DNA from: a virus
IMG/VR virus record: IMGVR_UViG_3300026484_000053
Location: 129,701-193,700 of that record
Direction: 5' to 3' (one strand)
DNA: 64,000 nucleotides
Positions 43,248 to 51,308 of this stretch are shown in pieces. The notes beneath the pieces are model-generated. The model made no database searches, was not told the origin of the DNA, and saw only the letters and a program-made list of their open reading frames with translations. Position 1 is the first letter of the stretch. Each line of letters starts with the position of its first letter. The position numbers were made by a program, and so were the translations under genes.

Positions 43248-43738
43248 TGAGTGTTAGTGCAGATAAAAATAAAACAAGAAGACCTAAGTCAGGACGACCA
43301 GAGCTTACTTTAGAAGAAAAAATGAGTTTAATACAGATGCCTGCAGGACCATTAGATGCAGGTATGGCGTTTAGTATTATAAACGAGAAGATTCAAGAGC
43401 AAAAATTAAGAGCCAATCTTATGTTAAAAATAATTGACTTCCAAAAAACATGCAAACACGAACATTGGAATCAAATAGGTAAAGATAGATATTGTGAAGA
43501 ATGTAGGTTAGATTTAACAGCTGCAGAGTTAAAAAAAGAGCAGGCAGATATGTTCAGGAAGAAAAGACAAGAAGCTAAAGAAGCTGCAAAAGCTGCACAA
43601 GCCAAAGCACAAGCTAAAGAAGCCAAAAATGCAGCAGAAAATAAACTTAAACAAGCTGAAGAAGCCCTTATCTTAGCAAAGAAACAAGCTGATGAGGCTA
43701 TAAGGGAAATAAAAGCATTAGGCGATAACGTGTTATGA
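43247..43738 (+). CDS. Hypothetical protein (CxH/CxxC, A/K-rich tail)
   Basis: 163 aa; AAGGAG SD. Confidence 0.6.
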   Translation: MSVSADKNKTRRPKSGRPELTLEEKMSLIQMPAGPLDAGMAFSIINEKIQEQKLRANLMLKIIDFQKTCKHEHWNQIGKDRYCEECRLDLTAAELKKEQADMFRKKRQEAKEAAKAAQAKAQAKEAKNAAENKLKQAEEALILAKKQADEAIREIKALGDNVL

Positions 43739-44268
43739 AAGTAATTAACTTATTTGCTGGTCCAGGAGCTGGTAAAAGCACTACTGCTGCAGGTTTGTTT
43801 TATCAAATGAAGAAAGATGGATACAAAGTAGAATTACTATCAGAGTATGCTAAGAAATTAGTATACCAAGACAACATGACAGTACTTGGTGATCAGTTAA
43901 TGATTTTAGCTAAACAACACCACATGCAATTAGTACTTGACGATCAAGTCGACTACTTGATAACAGACAGCCCGTTTATTATGGGTACTGTTTATACGCA
44001 AGAGACTAAGCATATGCCAAAAGTTCAGTATGACGATCTAGTTATGTGTATGTACAACTCATATGATAACGTTAACATCTTTCTAGAAAGAAACCTTAAT
44101 GAGTATGGATACAAACAAGAAGGTAGAACGCAAACATTAGAAGAAGCTCAAGAAAAAGATAACGAAATAAAAGATATGCTAAAAGAGTTTAACGTACCGT
44201 ATTATAGTGTTTTAATGAATGATAAAACGCTGCATAAAATCATGCAAGTAGCTTGCGTAAGCTATTAA
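43735..44268 (+). CDS. P-loop kinase/ATPase (AAA_28/NadR-like)
   Basis: GPGAGKST, EYAK, ITDSP, R.QT.EEA. Confidence 0.8.
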   Translation: MKVINLFAGPGAGKSTTAAGLFYQMKKDGYKVELLSEYAKKLVYQDNMTVLGDQLMILAKQHHMQLVLDDQVDYLITDSPFIMGTVYTQETKHMPKVQYDDLVMCMYNSYDNVNIFLERNLNEYGYKQEGRTQTLEEAQEKDNEIKDMLKEFNVPYYSVLMNDKTLHKIMQVACVSY

Positions 44269-44278
44269 TTTACTACAC

Positions 44279-44323
44279 TTTAATACACCTTTAATACACC
44301 TTTAATAATTGATATGTTATAAT
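44279..44323 (+). promoter_or_regulatory. RpoD-type promoter
   Basis: TTTAAT at 44279, 44290 and 44301; TGTTATAAT at 44315. Confidence 0.75.
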
Positions 44324-44357
44324 GTATTATATTTACATAAAAGAATAAAGGAATAAA

Positions 44358-45056
44358 ATGACAGAATCAGATATAGATTTAGAACACACTATAGTTAGGT
44401 CGCTTATGAGTAACTCAGAATTCTTTACTAAAACAGTGACTCAATTTGAGCCAAAATTGTTTGAAAGTACAGGTTCTGTAGCTATAATAGACCAAATAAA
44501 GAAGCACTTTATACAGTTTGATACCATGGGTACTTTTAAAGAGATTGGACTTGCTATTAAAGAAAATGTTAAAATGAACAAGCAATTAAAAGAGCAAGTA
44601 TTAGCAGAATTTAAGATGATCGCTAGAGACTCTGCAGTTAAAGACACAGACTTCTTGTTAGATATATCACTTAACTGGATAAAAAGAAGAAAATTAACGC
44701 TTGCTATATACAGCGCTGCTGACGTAATGCAACAAGGCGGCGAATTTGCACCTATTATAAAAGAAGTTGAAGAAGCAGTATCTGTGGATTTTTCTGGTAC
44801 TGAGAGTATAACATTTGATAAAGCTGTACAAGACAGAATAGATTACTACCAGAAGAAAGATGTGGTAATACCTTCAGGACTAGATACACTTGACAAGAAA
44901 ATGGGAGGAGGTTTTAGGCCTTCTTCACTTATTATGTTAGTATCACAAAGTCATGGAGGTAAATGCAGTGAATATAACGAAGAACTTGAGCTATATATAT
45001 CAGATGAAGAACTTGAGAGAATTAAAGCTTCTGGAGTACCCTATGAAGTCTTATAA
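44358..45056 (+). CDS. gp41: gp41/DnaB-like helicase N-part fused to split-intein N fragment
   Basis: GLDTLDKKMGGGFRP..L.M; Walker A SQSHGGK followed by C1 (44964) and a 30-aa IntN. Confidence 0.88.
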   Translation: MTESDIDLEHTIVRSLMSNSEFFTKTVTQFEPKLFESTGSVAIIDQIKKHFIQFDTMGTFKEIGLAIKENVKMNKQLKEQVLAEFKMIARDSAVKDTDFLLDISLNWIKRRKLTLAIYSAADVMQQGGEFAPIIKEVEEAVSVDFSGTESITFDKAVQDRIDYYQKKDVVIPSGLDTLDKKMGGGFRPSSLIMLVSQSHGGKCSEYNEELELYISDEELERIKASGVPYEVL

Positions 45057-45151
45057 TTACTTGCACAGATTACGCAGATTGCACAGATTACGCAGTATAA
45101 TTTTTAATCATAAAATTAAGACAAACTTAGATAAGAATATAAAGGAAAACA

Positions 45152-46372
45152 ATGAATAAATCTAACGATACGCATAGCCAACATACTCAACATACTCAGC
45201 ATAAGCCTAAATTAAACAAGATAAAGATAAAGATAGGCGACTACTTCAAGTGCAAGAATCTAGACGGCACAGATGAGATTAATGTATTTAAAAAACAAAA
45301 TGAAGAAACATTTGTAAACACACCTACTGGATTAGCTCCTGTTCTTTCTATGGTTAAAAAAGAAAAGAACAGAATAATCGAAATTAAGACTAAGAACAGA
45401 AGTGCTAAAATAGCTGAAAGACACATATTTCCTCAAAAAGATGGCTCAAATGAATATGCTATAGATGCTGAATTTATAATGACTATAGACGGCGAAGAAA
45501 AGATTATAAGTAAACAATTTATAAAAGAAGATTACGTGTATGACATTAGTATACCTAAACCGCATGTTTATTATTCTGCTAATGGTATTTTACATCATAA
45601 TACCGCTCTTAAAGTATTCTTTGCTAGACAAATGTTATTTAAAAAGAAAAATGTACTATTCATATCCCTTGAAATGCCTAAATATGAAATTATGAAAAGA
45701 ATAGACGCCTCAATACTTGGCTGCGAAATTGGTGATTTACAAACTATGGACCAAGAACTTCTTTCTAAGAAAATAAACGATGCAGCACCTTTACTTGGAG
45801 ATTTAAGAGTAGTAGATTATAATGCTGGTACTCTTAACAGTAACGGTATTAAGTCACTTCTAGATGACTTAAAGATAAAAGAAGGATTTGTACCAGATTG
45901 CATATTTGTTGATTATATTGGACTTATGACTTCGGCAAAAGTATCAGATGCAGCAAACTCTTATGATAAAGGCGGCGCAGTTGCTGAAGATCTGCATGGT
46001 ATAGCTAAAAGCACCTACGATAGTAATGGCAATAAGGGTGTTATGCTATTTACGTCTACGCAAACAAATAGAGCATCGTATAATACAGTAGAAGCTGATG
46101 CAGCAAATATTAGTGAAAGTATGAAAATATTTATGACTGCAGATTATGCTATGATGCTGTTAAGTACAGATGTTATGAAAGATCAGAATCAACAAATGTG
46201 GAAAATCATCAAGAACAGATGGTCTGGTGACATGAGTACTATGATAGTACAACCAGACTTTGCAAGAGTAAACTATACAGAATATAACGACGCTGCAACA
46301 ACAGAGATTCAGATGGATAAAATTGAAGAGCAAGTATTTGATACTGGGCTTGATTTTGGATCTATTGGCTAA
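45152..46372 (+). CDS. gp41: Split-intein C fragment fused to helicase C-part
   Basis: VYDISIP..HVYYSANGILHHN|T junction at 45601/45602; ISLEM, IFVDYIGL, STQTNR, KNRW. Confidence 0.92.
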   Translation: MNKSNDTHSQHTQHTQHKPKLNKIKIKIGDYFKCKNLDGTDEINVFKKQNEETFVNTPTGLAPVLSMVKKEKNRIIEIKTKNRSAKIAERHIFPQKDGSNEYAIDAEFIMTIDGEEKIISKQFIKEDYVYDISIPKPHVYYSANGILHHNTALKVFFARQMLFKKKNVLFISLEMPKYEIMKRIDASILGCEIGDLQTMDQELLSKKINDAAPLLGDLRVVDYNAGTLNSNGIKSLLDDLKIKEGFVPDCIFVDYIGLMTSAKVSDAANSYDKGGAVAEDLHGIAKSTYDSNGNKGVMLFTSTQTNRASYNTVEADAANISESMKIFMTADYAMMLLSTDVMKDQNQQMWKIIKNRWSGDMSTMIVQPDFARVNYTEYNDAATTEIQMDKIEEQVFDTGLDFGSIG

Positions 46373-46390
46373 GCAATATTAGTTCAAATC

Positions 46391-46423
46391 TTTAATCATC
46401 ATTTAATATTAATGTGTTATAAT
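46391..46423 (+). promoter_or_regulatory. RpoD-type promoter
   Basis: TTTAAT at 46391 and 46402; TGTTATAAT at 46415. Confidence 0.7.
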
Positions 46424-46488
46424 TATACATGATAAAGCATTATACTCAAGTTATAAAATTTATTAAATTTAAAACAAACGAGGCAAAA

Positions 46489-46560
46489 ATGGAAAACGTA
46501 GAGCAAGATTATGTATATGTTTGCAAAATTAAGAATAGATGCTGTGGATGTGTAGCATGA
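46489..46560 (+). CDS. 23-aa Cys-rich leader-like peptide
   Basis: MENVEQDYVYVCKIKNRCCGCVA; ATGA overlap with the next gene. Confidence 0.45.
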   Translation: MENVEQDYVYVCKIKNRCCGCVA

Positions 46561-47057
46561 TATACATTTTCAACAATCAAATAATTAATTTAGCACCTGT
46601 AAAGGTCATAACTTTGCATGTAGACACTAATACTACCCCAGTGTGCAGCGTATGTACTAGCGCCGACGGAAGACACATTCTTACTGATAGAGGCATGCAG
46701 AGATACATACGTTTAGAAGGCGATTATGAGAAATATATAAACGACTTGTCGATAGATGAAAGTCGTAATATTATGCTTAATGCAGAACGCACCGTTAAAG
46801 CAGATAATACAGCCTATTACTATAAAACAATAATACACGGAATAGAATATAATGGAGCTTCTTCATTATATATGACCGAATCGAGTTATTATTTACTTAT
46901 TGATGACGTTAAAATACACATAAAATCTATTAAGTGCTCGTCTAAATTAGTTAAAGGAAAGGTGCGCCAAGATAATGAAGAACTGTCTTTAACAGACTGT
47001 ATGGACATATTGACTGCTAATCCTTATATACCTAAATCACATCGAAGGATAATTTAA
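46557..47057 (+). CDS. Hypothetical protein
   Basis: In frame with track ORF 46539; start moved to the coupled ATG at 46557. Confidence 0.55.
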   Translation: MIYIFNNQIINLAPVKVITLHVDTNTTPVCSVCTSADGRHILTDRGMQRYIRLEGDYEKYINDLSIDESRNIMLNAERTVKADNTAYYYKTIIHGIEYNGASSLYMTESSYYLLIDDVKIHIKSIKCSSKLVKGKVRQDNEELSLTDCMDILTANPYIPKSHRRII

Positions 47058-47440
47058 TGAAATACGTAGCAGGAATATACAGAATTAGTTGGGAAAATAA
47101 AAACTCAAGTATATTGCAAACTTCTACAGTAGAGTTGAAGAAAGGTTGTAAATCGAATAAGCAATTATTACAAGAATTATCTTTTAAGTTAGATAATTTC
47201 GATAAAGTCTATAGAGGCGAATGCACTAAAGAGCATATTAAACTAATAGAGCAATATTATGATAGCGAGCACATTACAAAGCAAATTCATGATGGAGTAT
47301 CTGTAATAAGTGCGTCTGCAGACGATATGGAAAGCATAAACGTGTTATACGATGCTGGATACGAAATTAGTCACTTCCACGAAGACAAATGCTATCTTAA
47401 ACTACCAAGAAGTAACGCAATGCTTAACAGAGCAATTTAA
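47057..47440 (+). CDS. Hypothetical protein
   Basis: 127 aa; TAATG coupling. Confidence 0.6.
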   Translation: MKYVAGIYRISWENKNSSILQTSTVELKKGCKSNKQLLQELSFKLDNFDKVYRGECTKEHIKLIEQYYDSEHITKQIHDGVSVISASADDMESINVLYDAGYEISHFHEDKCYLKLPRSNAMLNRAI

Positions 47441-47468
47441 TACTAGTTTAATATTAAGATGATATAAT
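47436..47468 (+). promoter_or_regulatory. RpoD-type promoter
   Basis: TTTAAT at 47436 and 47447; TGATATAAT at 47460. Confidence 0.7.
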
Positions 47469-47496
47469 ATAATATGAATAAAATAAAGGATTTTAA

Positions 47497-48855
47497 ATGA
47501 CAACGAACACACCAAGCGTACAGGAAATATTAGAAGAATTAAACATAGAAAATGGAAGTAACTATAAAATTACTGTTCTTAAAAAATATCAAGATCATGA
47601 ACTACTAAAAAGAGTTTTTAAAATGACTTTTGACAGAGTAGAATATGTATACGGTATCACTATGAAAAACGTTTCATACGCAAAAGGATGCCCTGTAGTA
47701 ATGAAATTAGAAGAAGCATTAGACAGGCTATTAGACCTTAATTCTAGAAAGTATACAGGTAATGCTGCTATAAAACATTTGTGCGTTACGTTAGAAGCAC
47801 TAAGCGACGAAGATCAAGAACTTCTTAAAAAGATACTTAAAAGAGACCTTAAGATAAATTTAGGTAGAACTTCTATTAATAAAGTGCATAAAAATCTTAT
47901 ATCGAAAGAGCCATATAAACGCTGCGCTATTGCTACAAAAGCTACAATAGCAAAGAATATAAACTTTAAAGAAGGTGTTTATTCTCAAGTTAAAATGGAT
48001 GGTACTTATAGATCGTGTACAATCGATGGAGATGACGTAACTTTTAAATCAAGATCAGGTAAAGAGCAGTTCTTCCCAATTCTTAAAGAGCAAATACTTA
48101 AATTAGAATTACCAAACGGTGTTCTAACAGGTGAATTAACTCTTAGAGGAGAGCAAAATAGAAATACTGGTAATGGTAATATTAACTCATCTGAACCGAA
48201 TCATGAGAATATCATATTTACTGTATGGGAATTTGTAGAAAGTGACGAATATAAACTTAAGAAAGGAACTCTTAAATATAAAGACACTTTTAAATCGCTA
48301 GCTAACAAATTATATAATGCCAACGATGCTAACGATGCCAACGCTACAAACATAGAACTTGTAGAGTATAAGATGGTTTATAGCCTTAAAGAAGCATACG
48401 AACACTTTCAAATAATAACTGCTAGAGGAGACGAAGGTACAGTTATTAAATCTCAAGATATGATATGGATGGATGGGACATCAAAACAACAGCTTAAATT
48501 AAAATTAGAGATATCTCTTGAAATGCGAATAACTTCTTTTAATGCTGGAAATGTTGGTTCTAAAAACGAAGCGTATTTTAGCGGTATTAATTTCTCTAAC
48601 GACGAAGGTACTATACAAGGTACGATTGGCGTAACGTCAATGGATGAGAAAACAAGAGATTGGTTTCACGATAATAGAGATAATGTTATAGGAAAAGTAA
48701 TTGAAATTCAGTGTAATGACTTAACGCAAGCACGAGGCAGAGAAGAATACGCTTTAAGTCATCCTAGGTATACTTGTATTAGAGAAGATAAAGATAGTAC
48801 AGATACTCTAGAGCGATCATTAGAACTTAAGCAATTAGCAATGGAATTATCGTAA
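47497..48855 (+). CDS. gp30: ATP-dependent DNA ligase (T4 gp30-like)
   Basis: QVKMDG, GEL, EGTVIK, LKLK, LSHPR. Confidence 0.92.
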   Translation: MTTNTPSVQEILEELNIENGSNYKITVLKKYQDHELLKRVFKMTFDRVEYVYGITMKNVSYAKGCPVVMKLEEALDRLLDLNSRKYTGNAAIKHLCVTLEALSDEDQELLKKILKRDLKINLGRTSINKVHKNLISKEPYKRCAIATKATIAKNINFKEGVYSQVKMDGTYRSCTIDGDDVTFKSRSGKEQFFPILKEQILKLELPNGVLTGELTLRGEQNRNTGNGNINSSEPNHENIIFTVWEFVESDEYKLKKGTLKYKDTFKSLANKLYNANDANDANATNIELVEYKMVYSLKEAYEHFQIITARGDEGTVIKSQDMIWMDGTSKQQLKLKLEISLEMRITSFNAGNVGSKNEAYFSGINFSNDEGTIQGTIGVTSMDEKTRDWFHDNRDNVIGKVIEIQCNDLTQARGREEYALSHPRYTCIREDKDSTDTLERSLELKQLAMELS

Positions 48856-49000
48856 ACTGTGTAGCGTTAACGCACGTTAGTGCACGTACTATGCTGCTTT
48901 AAAGTAGATATTACAGACAGAAGTCGTGGTAATAAGTATTTAGCTAAAACTAAATACAATACATCATATAAACACACACACAAACAAATAAAGGAAATAA

Positions 49001-49705
49001 ATGTTAAATCAAAACACAAGAAAAGTTATTAGCTCGTTAGCTCAAATTAATAACAGTCAAATTATATCTTACCCGGTAACTCTGGTAAAGAGCGGCACTA
49101 ATATGCAGGCGTTCTTAGATATGACAAAGTTAGATGAAGAAGAATTTAATAAAGTAGGTTTCTTCTCTGTTACAGAGTTTTTATCAATTACAGACATTGT
49201 AGAAGACGCACAAATTGAAGCAAATGAGGCTGGTACTATTACTATTAAGAACAGCAATACTTCTGTTACTTACAACAGTACTAACATTAAAATGCTTGAA
49301 GAAGCTGGATGTAGTGGTAATTTTGACTTAATCGATAAAATTAAATCGAACGAAACAATCGCATCGTTTAAGTTACTTAATGTAGAGCTTAATAAGATTA
49401 AAAAAATGTCAGGTTTATTAAAATCAATGATAATCTTTAGACTTACTGGTAATGGTTCTGATGTAGTAGTATCTTTAGAAGGAACTGAAAAAAGTTCAAA
49501 TAATTACGCTGTTACATTTGACGACGAAGCGTCATCTTCAGAGTTTGTTATGGACGTTAATATGTCTAATATTAATAAATTACCTGGTTCAGATTATGAC
49601 GTTACAGTACACAGAAGTACTAAAGGTTCTATTATCGTAGTATTTAGTTCTATTAATGTACCTGGCTTAAATATTTTCTGTACTGAAAAAGTTAAAAACA
49701 AATGA
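49001..49705 (+). CDS. gp45: Sliding clamp (T4 gp45-like)
   Basis: N-terminus LNQNTRKVISSLAQINNSQII parallels gp45; MSNINKLPGSDYDV; 234 aa. Confidence 0.75.
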   Translation: MLNQNTRKVISSLAQINNSQIISYPVTLVKSGTNMQAFLDMTKLDEEEFNKVGFFSVTEFLSITDIVEDAQIEANEAGTITIKNSNTSVTYNSTNIKMLEEAGCSGNFDLIDKIKSNETIASFKLLNVELNKIKKMSGLLKSMIIFRLTGNGSDVVVSLEGTEKSSNNYAVTFDDEASSSEFVMDVNMSNINKLPGSDYDVTVHRSTKGSIIVVFSSINVPGLNIFCTEKVKNK

Positions 49706-49962
49706 AAAAAATAGTATTCGCCGTAACGGCGTTAATTTTAACTTCTGAGCTTTATGCTGGAGGTATTTGGGACATGGTTAAGAATGCGTCAAGCGACGGA
49801 ACGATAAAGACTAAACAGTACACGATGGAAGTAGCTGGAGTAGATACTAGAGCATATGTATTTTACGTAAAAGAAATGGATTCAGTTTGCGTTCAGACTT
49901 ATAGTTCTCATGGTATACCAGCTATTAGTTGTAAAACGATGAAAGAAATTAAAGCAAACTAA
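49702..49962 (+). CDS. Small exported protein
   Basis: Signal peptide MKKIVFAVTALILTSELYA; two Cys. Confidence 0.65.
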   Translation: MKKIVFAVTALILTSELYAGGIWDMVKNASSDGTIKTKQYTMEVAGVDTRAYVFYVKEMDSVCVQTYSSHGIPAISCKTMKEIKAN

Positions 49963-50003
49963 AGCAAACTAAAGCAAAGCAAACTAAAGCAAATACAAAA
50001 GAA

Positions 50004-50147
50004 ATGACACTTAAAAGAGCTAGAAAGCTAATTAAGAAGTGCACTACTGAAATTGTTAATACAACAGATGAAGGTAAAATTGATAGAATAGAAAGAAAAG
50101 TGCATATTCTTAGAGACTTTATAGTTTTTGAAATTAACGACTTTTAA
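50004..50147 (+). CDS. 47-aa hypothetical protein
   Basis: Hand-translated MTLKRARKLIKK...; weak SD. Confidence 0.35.
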   Translation: MTLKRARKLIKKCTTEIVNTTDEGKIDRIERKVHILRDFIVFEINDF

Positions 50148-50336
50148 GAACTATAGGTGTTCATATCTACCTAGCTTTTAGCTGAAACGATTGACGAGGG
50201 ATTTTACGGTTGCACATCGAAAAGAATGCTAACCGTACAAACGCGTAAGTATGTATTTAGCGCACTTACCGCACTTACAGCACTTACAGCATTTAGCAAA
50301 TATTTGTTATAATACACTTATAAATAGATCAAATAC

Positions 50337-50418
50337 GTATCTTTAGCTCAGTTGGTAGAGCACCTTCATTTAATTACTCAGAAGGTTGTCCGAAGTTCAA
50401 ATCTTTGAAGGTACACCA
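50337..50418 (+). tRNA. tRNA-like gene with a 13-nt anticodon loop (undetermined or pseudo)
   Basis: Acceptor GTATCTT/AAGGTAC, D-arm GCTC/GAGC, stem CCTTC/GAAGG, T-arm with TTCAAAT, encoded CCA; 82 nt. Confidence 0.8.
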
Positions 50419-50427
50419 TTAATATAC

Positions 50428-50503
50428 GCTTCCATAGCTCAGCTGGTAGAGCAGCTGTTTTGTAAACAGCAGGTCATCCGTTCGAATCGGATTGGAAGCT
50501 CCA
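50428..50503 (+). tRNA. trnT: tRNA-Thr(UGU)
   Basis: Canonical 76-nt cloverleaf; anticodon TGT at 50461-50463; encoded CCA. Confidence 0.97.
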
Positions 50504-50633
50504 TTTAAATAGTCGCTGATTGCGTACAAAAGGTAATTATACCTACTTAGCCTGGCTAGGCAAAATAGTTGATTGGTTAAGACTACCGTTACCTTTAATT
50601 AGGTTGTACCTTCATATAACATATGGTACAGAT

Positions 50634-51021
50634 GGGCACGAACAGGTATCGACTAGAGAGCAAGAGAAATATCGTTCAAGTAGTCATGTAGACTTAAAGT
50701 ACAAACAGACGTAACTGCAAACAACACAAATGCACCTCAAGAGGTAGCAGCTGCTTAAACCAGCTATCTAGCTAAGCTAGACAAGGTAAAGTACTTCCTT
50801 GATTACCCAATCGTACGACCAGATGGCGATCTTAAAGCGTGATAGATGATGGTTATAATCTAACTTCGGTAATATCTAACTAGATGTACTAACGTACGTA
50901 ATTGGAGAATTATTATGGTATCTTAAACCATTAAAACAACTCAACTCAAACTTGTAGCCATTCGGCACACGTTATAATCAAACTTTTTAGCACTCCGGTT
51001 CAATTCCGGACGTGTCCACCA
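50634..51021 (+). ncRNA. ssrA: tmRNA
   Basis: 5' GGGCACGAACAGGTATCGAC; 3' T-arm plus CGTGTCCACCA; G3.U70 pair; tag ORF 50717-50758 encodes ANNTNAPQEVAAA. Confidence 0.93.
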
Positions 51022-51047
51022 TTATTAATCTAAAACTAATCCAAATC

Positions 51048-51091
51048 TTTAATGCTATTTTAATACTATTTTAATATTAATATGTTATAAT
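51048..51091 (+). promoter_or_regulatory. RpoD-type promoter
   Basis: TTTAAT at 51048, 51059 and 51070; TGTTATAAT at 51083. Confidence 0.7.
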
Positions 51092-51251
51092 ACGTATAAT
51101 ACGCATAACGCATAAAGGAAAATATCAATGAAAATATCAATAACGAGAGAAGAATACAAGAAGAACTTTAAAATGCGTTGTAAAGACGTAAAGACTATAT
51201 AATGCCAGATAAAGATACAGATTATAAAAATAATAAGCACCCATATCTATT

Positions 51252-51284
51252 TTTAATACTCGTTTAACAATATTATGTTATAAT
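51252..51284 (+). promoter_or_regulatory. RpoD-type promoter
   Basis: TTTAA at 51252 and 51263; TGTTATAAT at 51276. Confidence 0.7.
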
Positions 51285-51308
51285 CTATAAATAAAATAAA
51301 GGATAAAA

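Noticed and set aside
44953-45159. 68-aa ORF bridging the two helicase halves as a frameshift route
   Set aside because: Would need two shifts; includes tandem-repeat sequence; the downstream half has its own SD
50504-50633. Theta/HDV-like, pistol or twister ribozyme after tRNA-Thr
   Set aside because: Could not build the required nested pseudoknots or find the conserved cores by eye
50520-50714. 64-aa ORF in the RNA cluster
   Set aside because: TTG start without SD, and it overlaps the tmRNA 5' end
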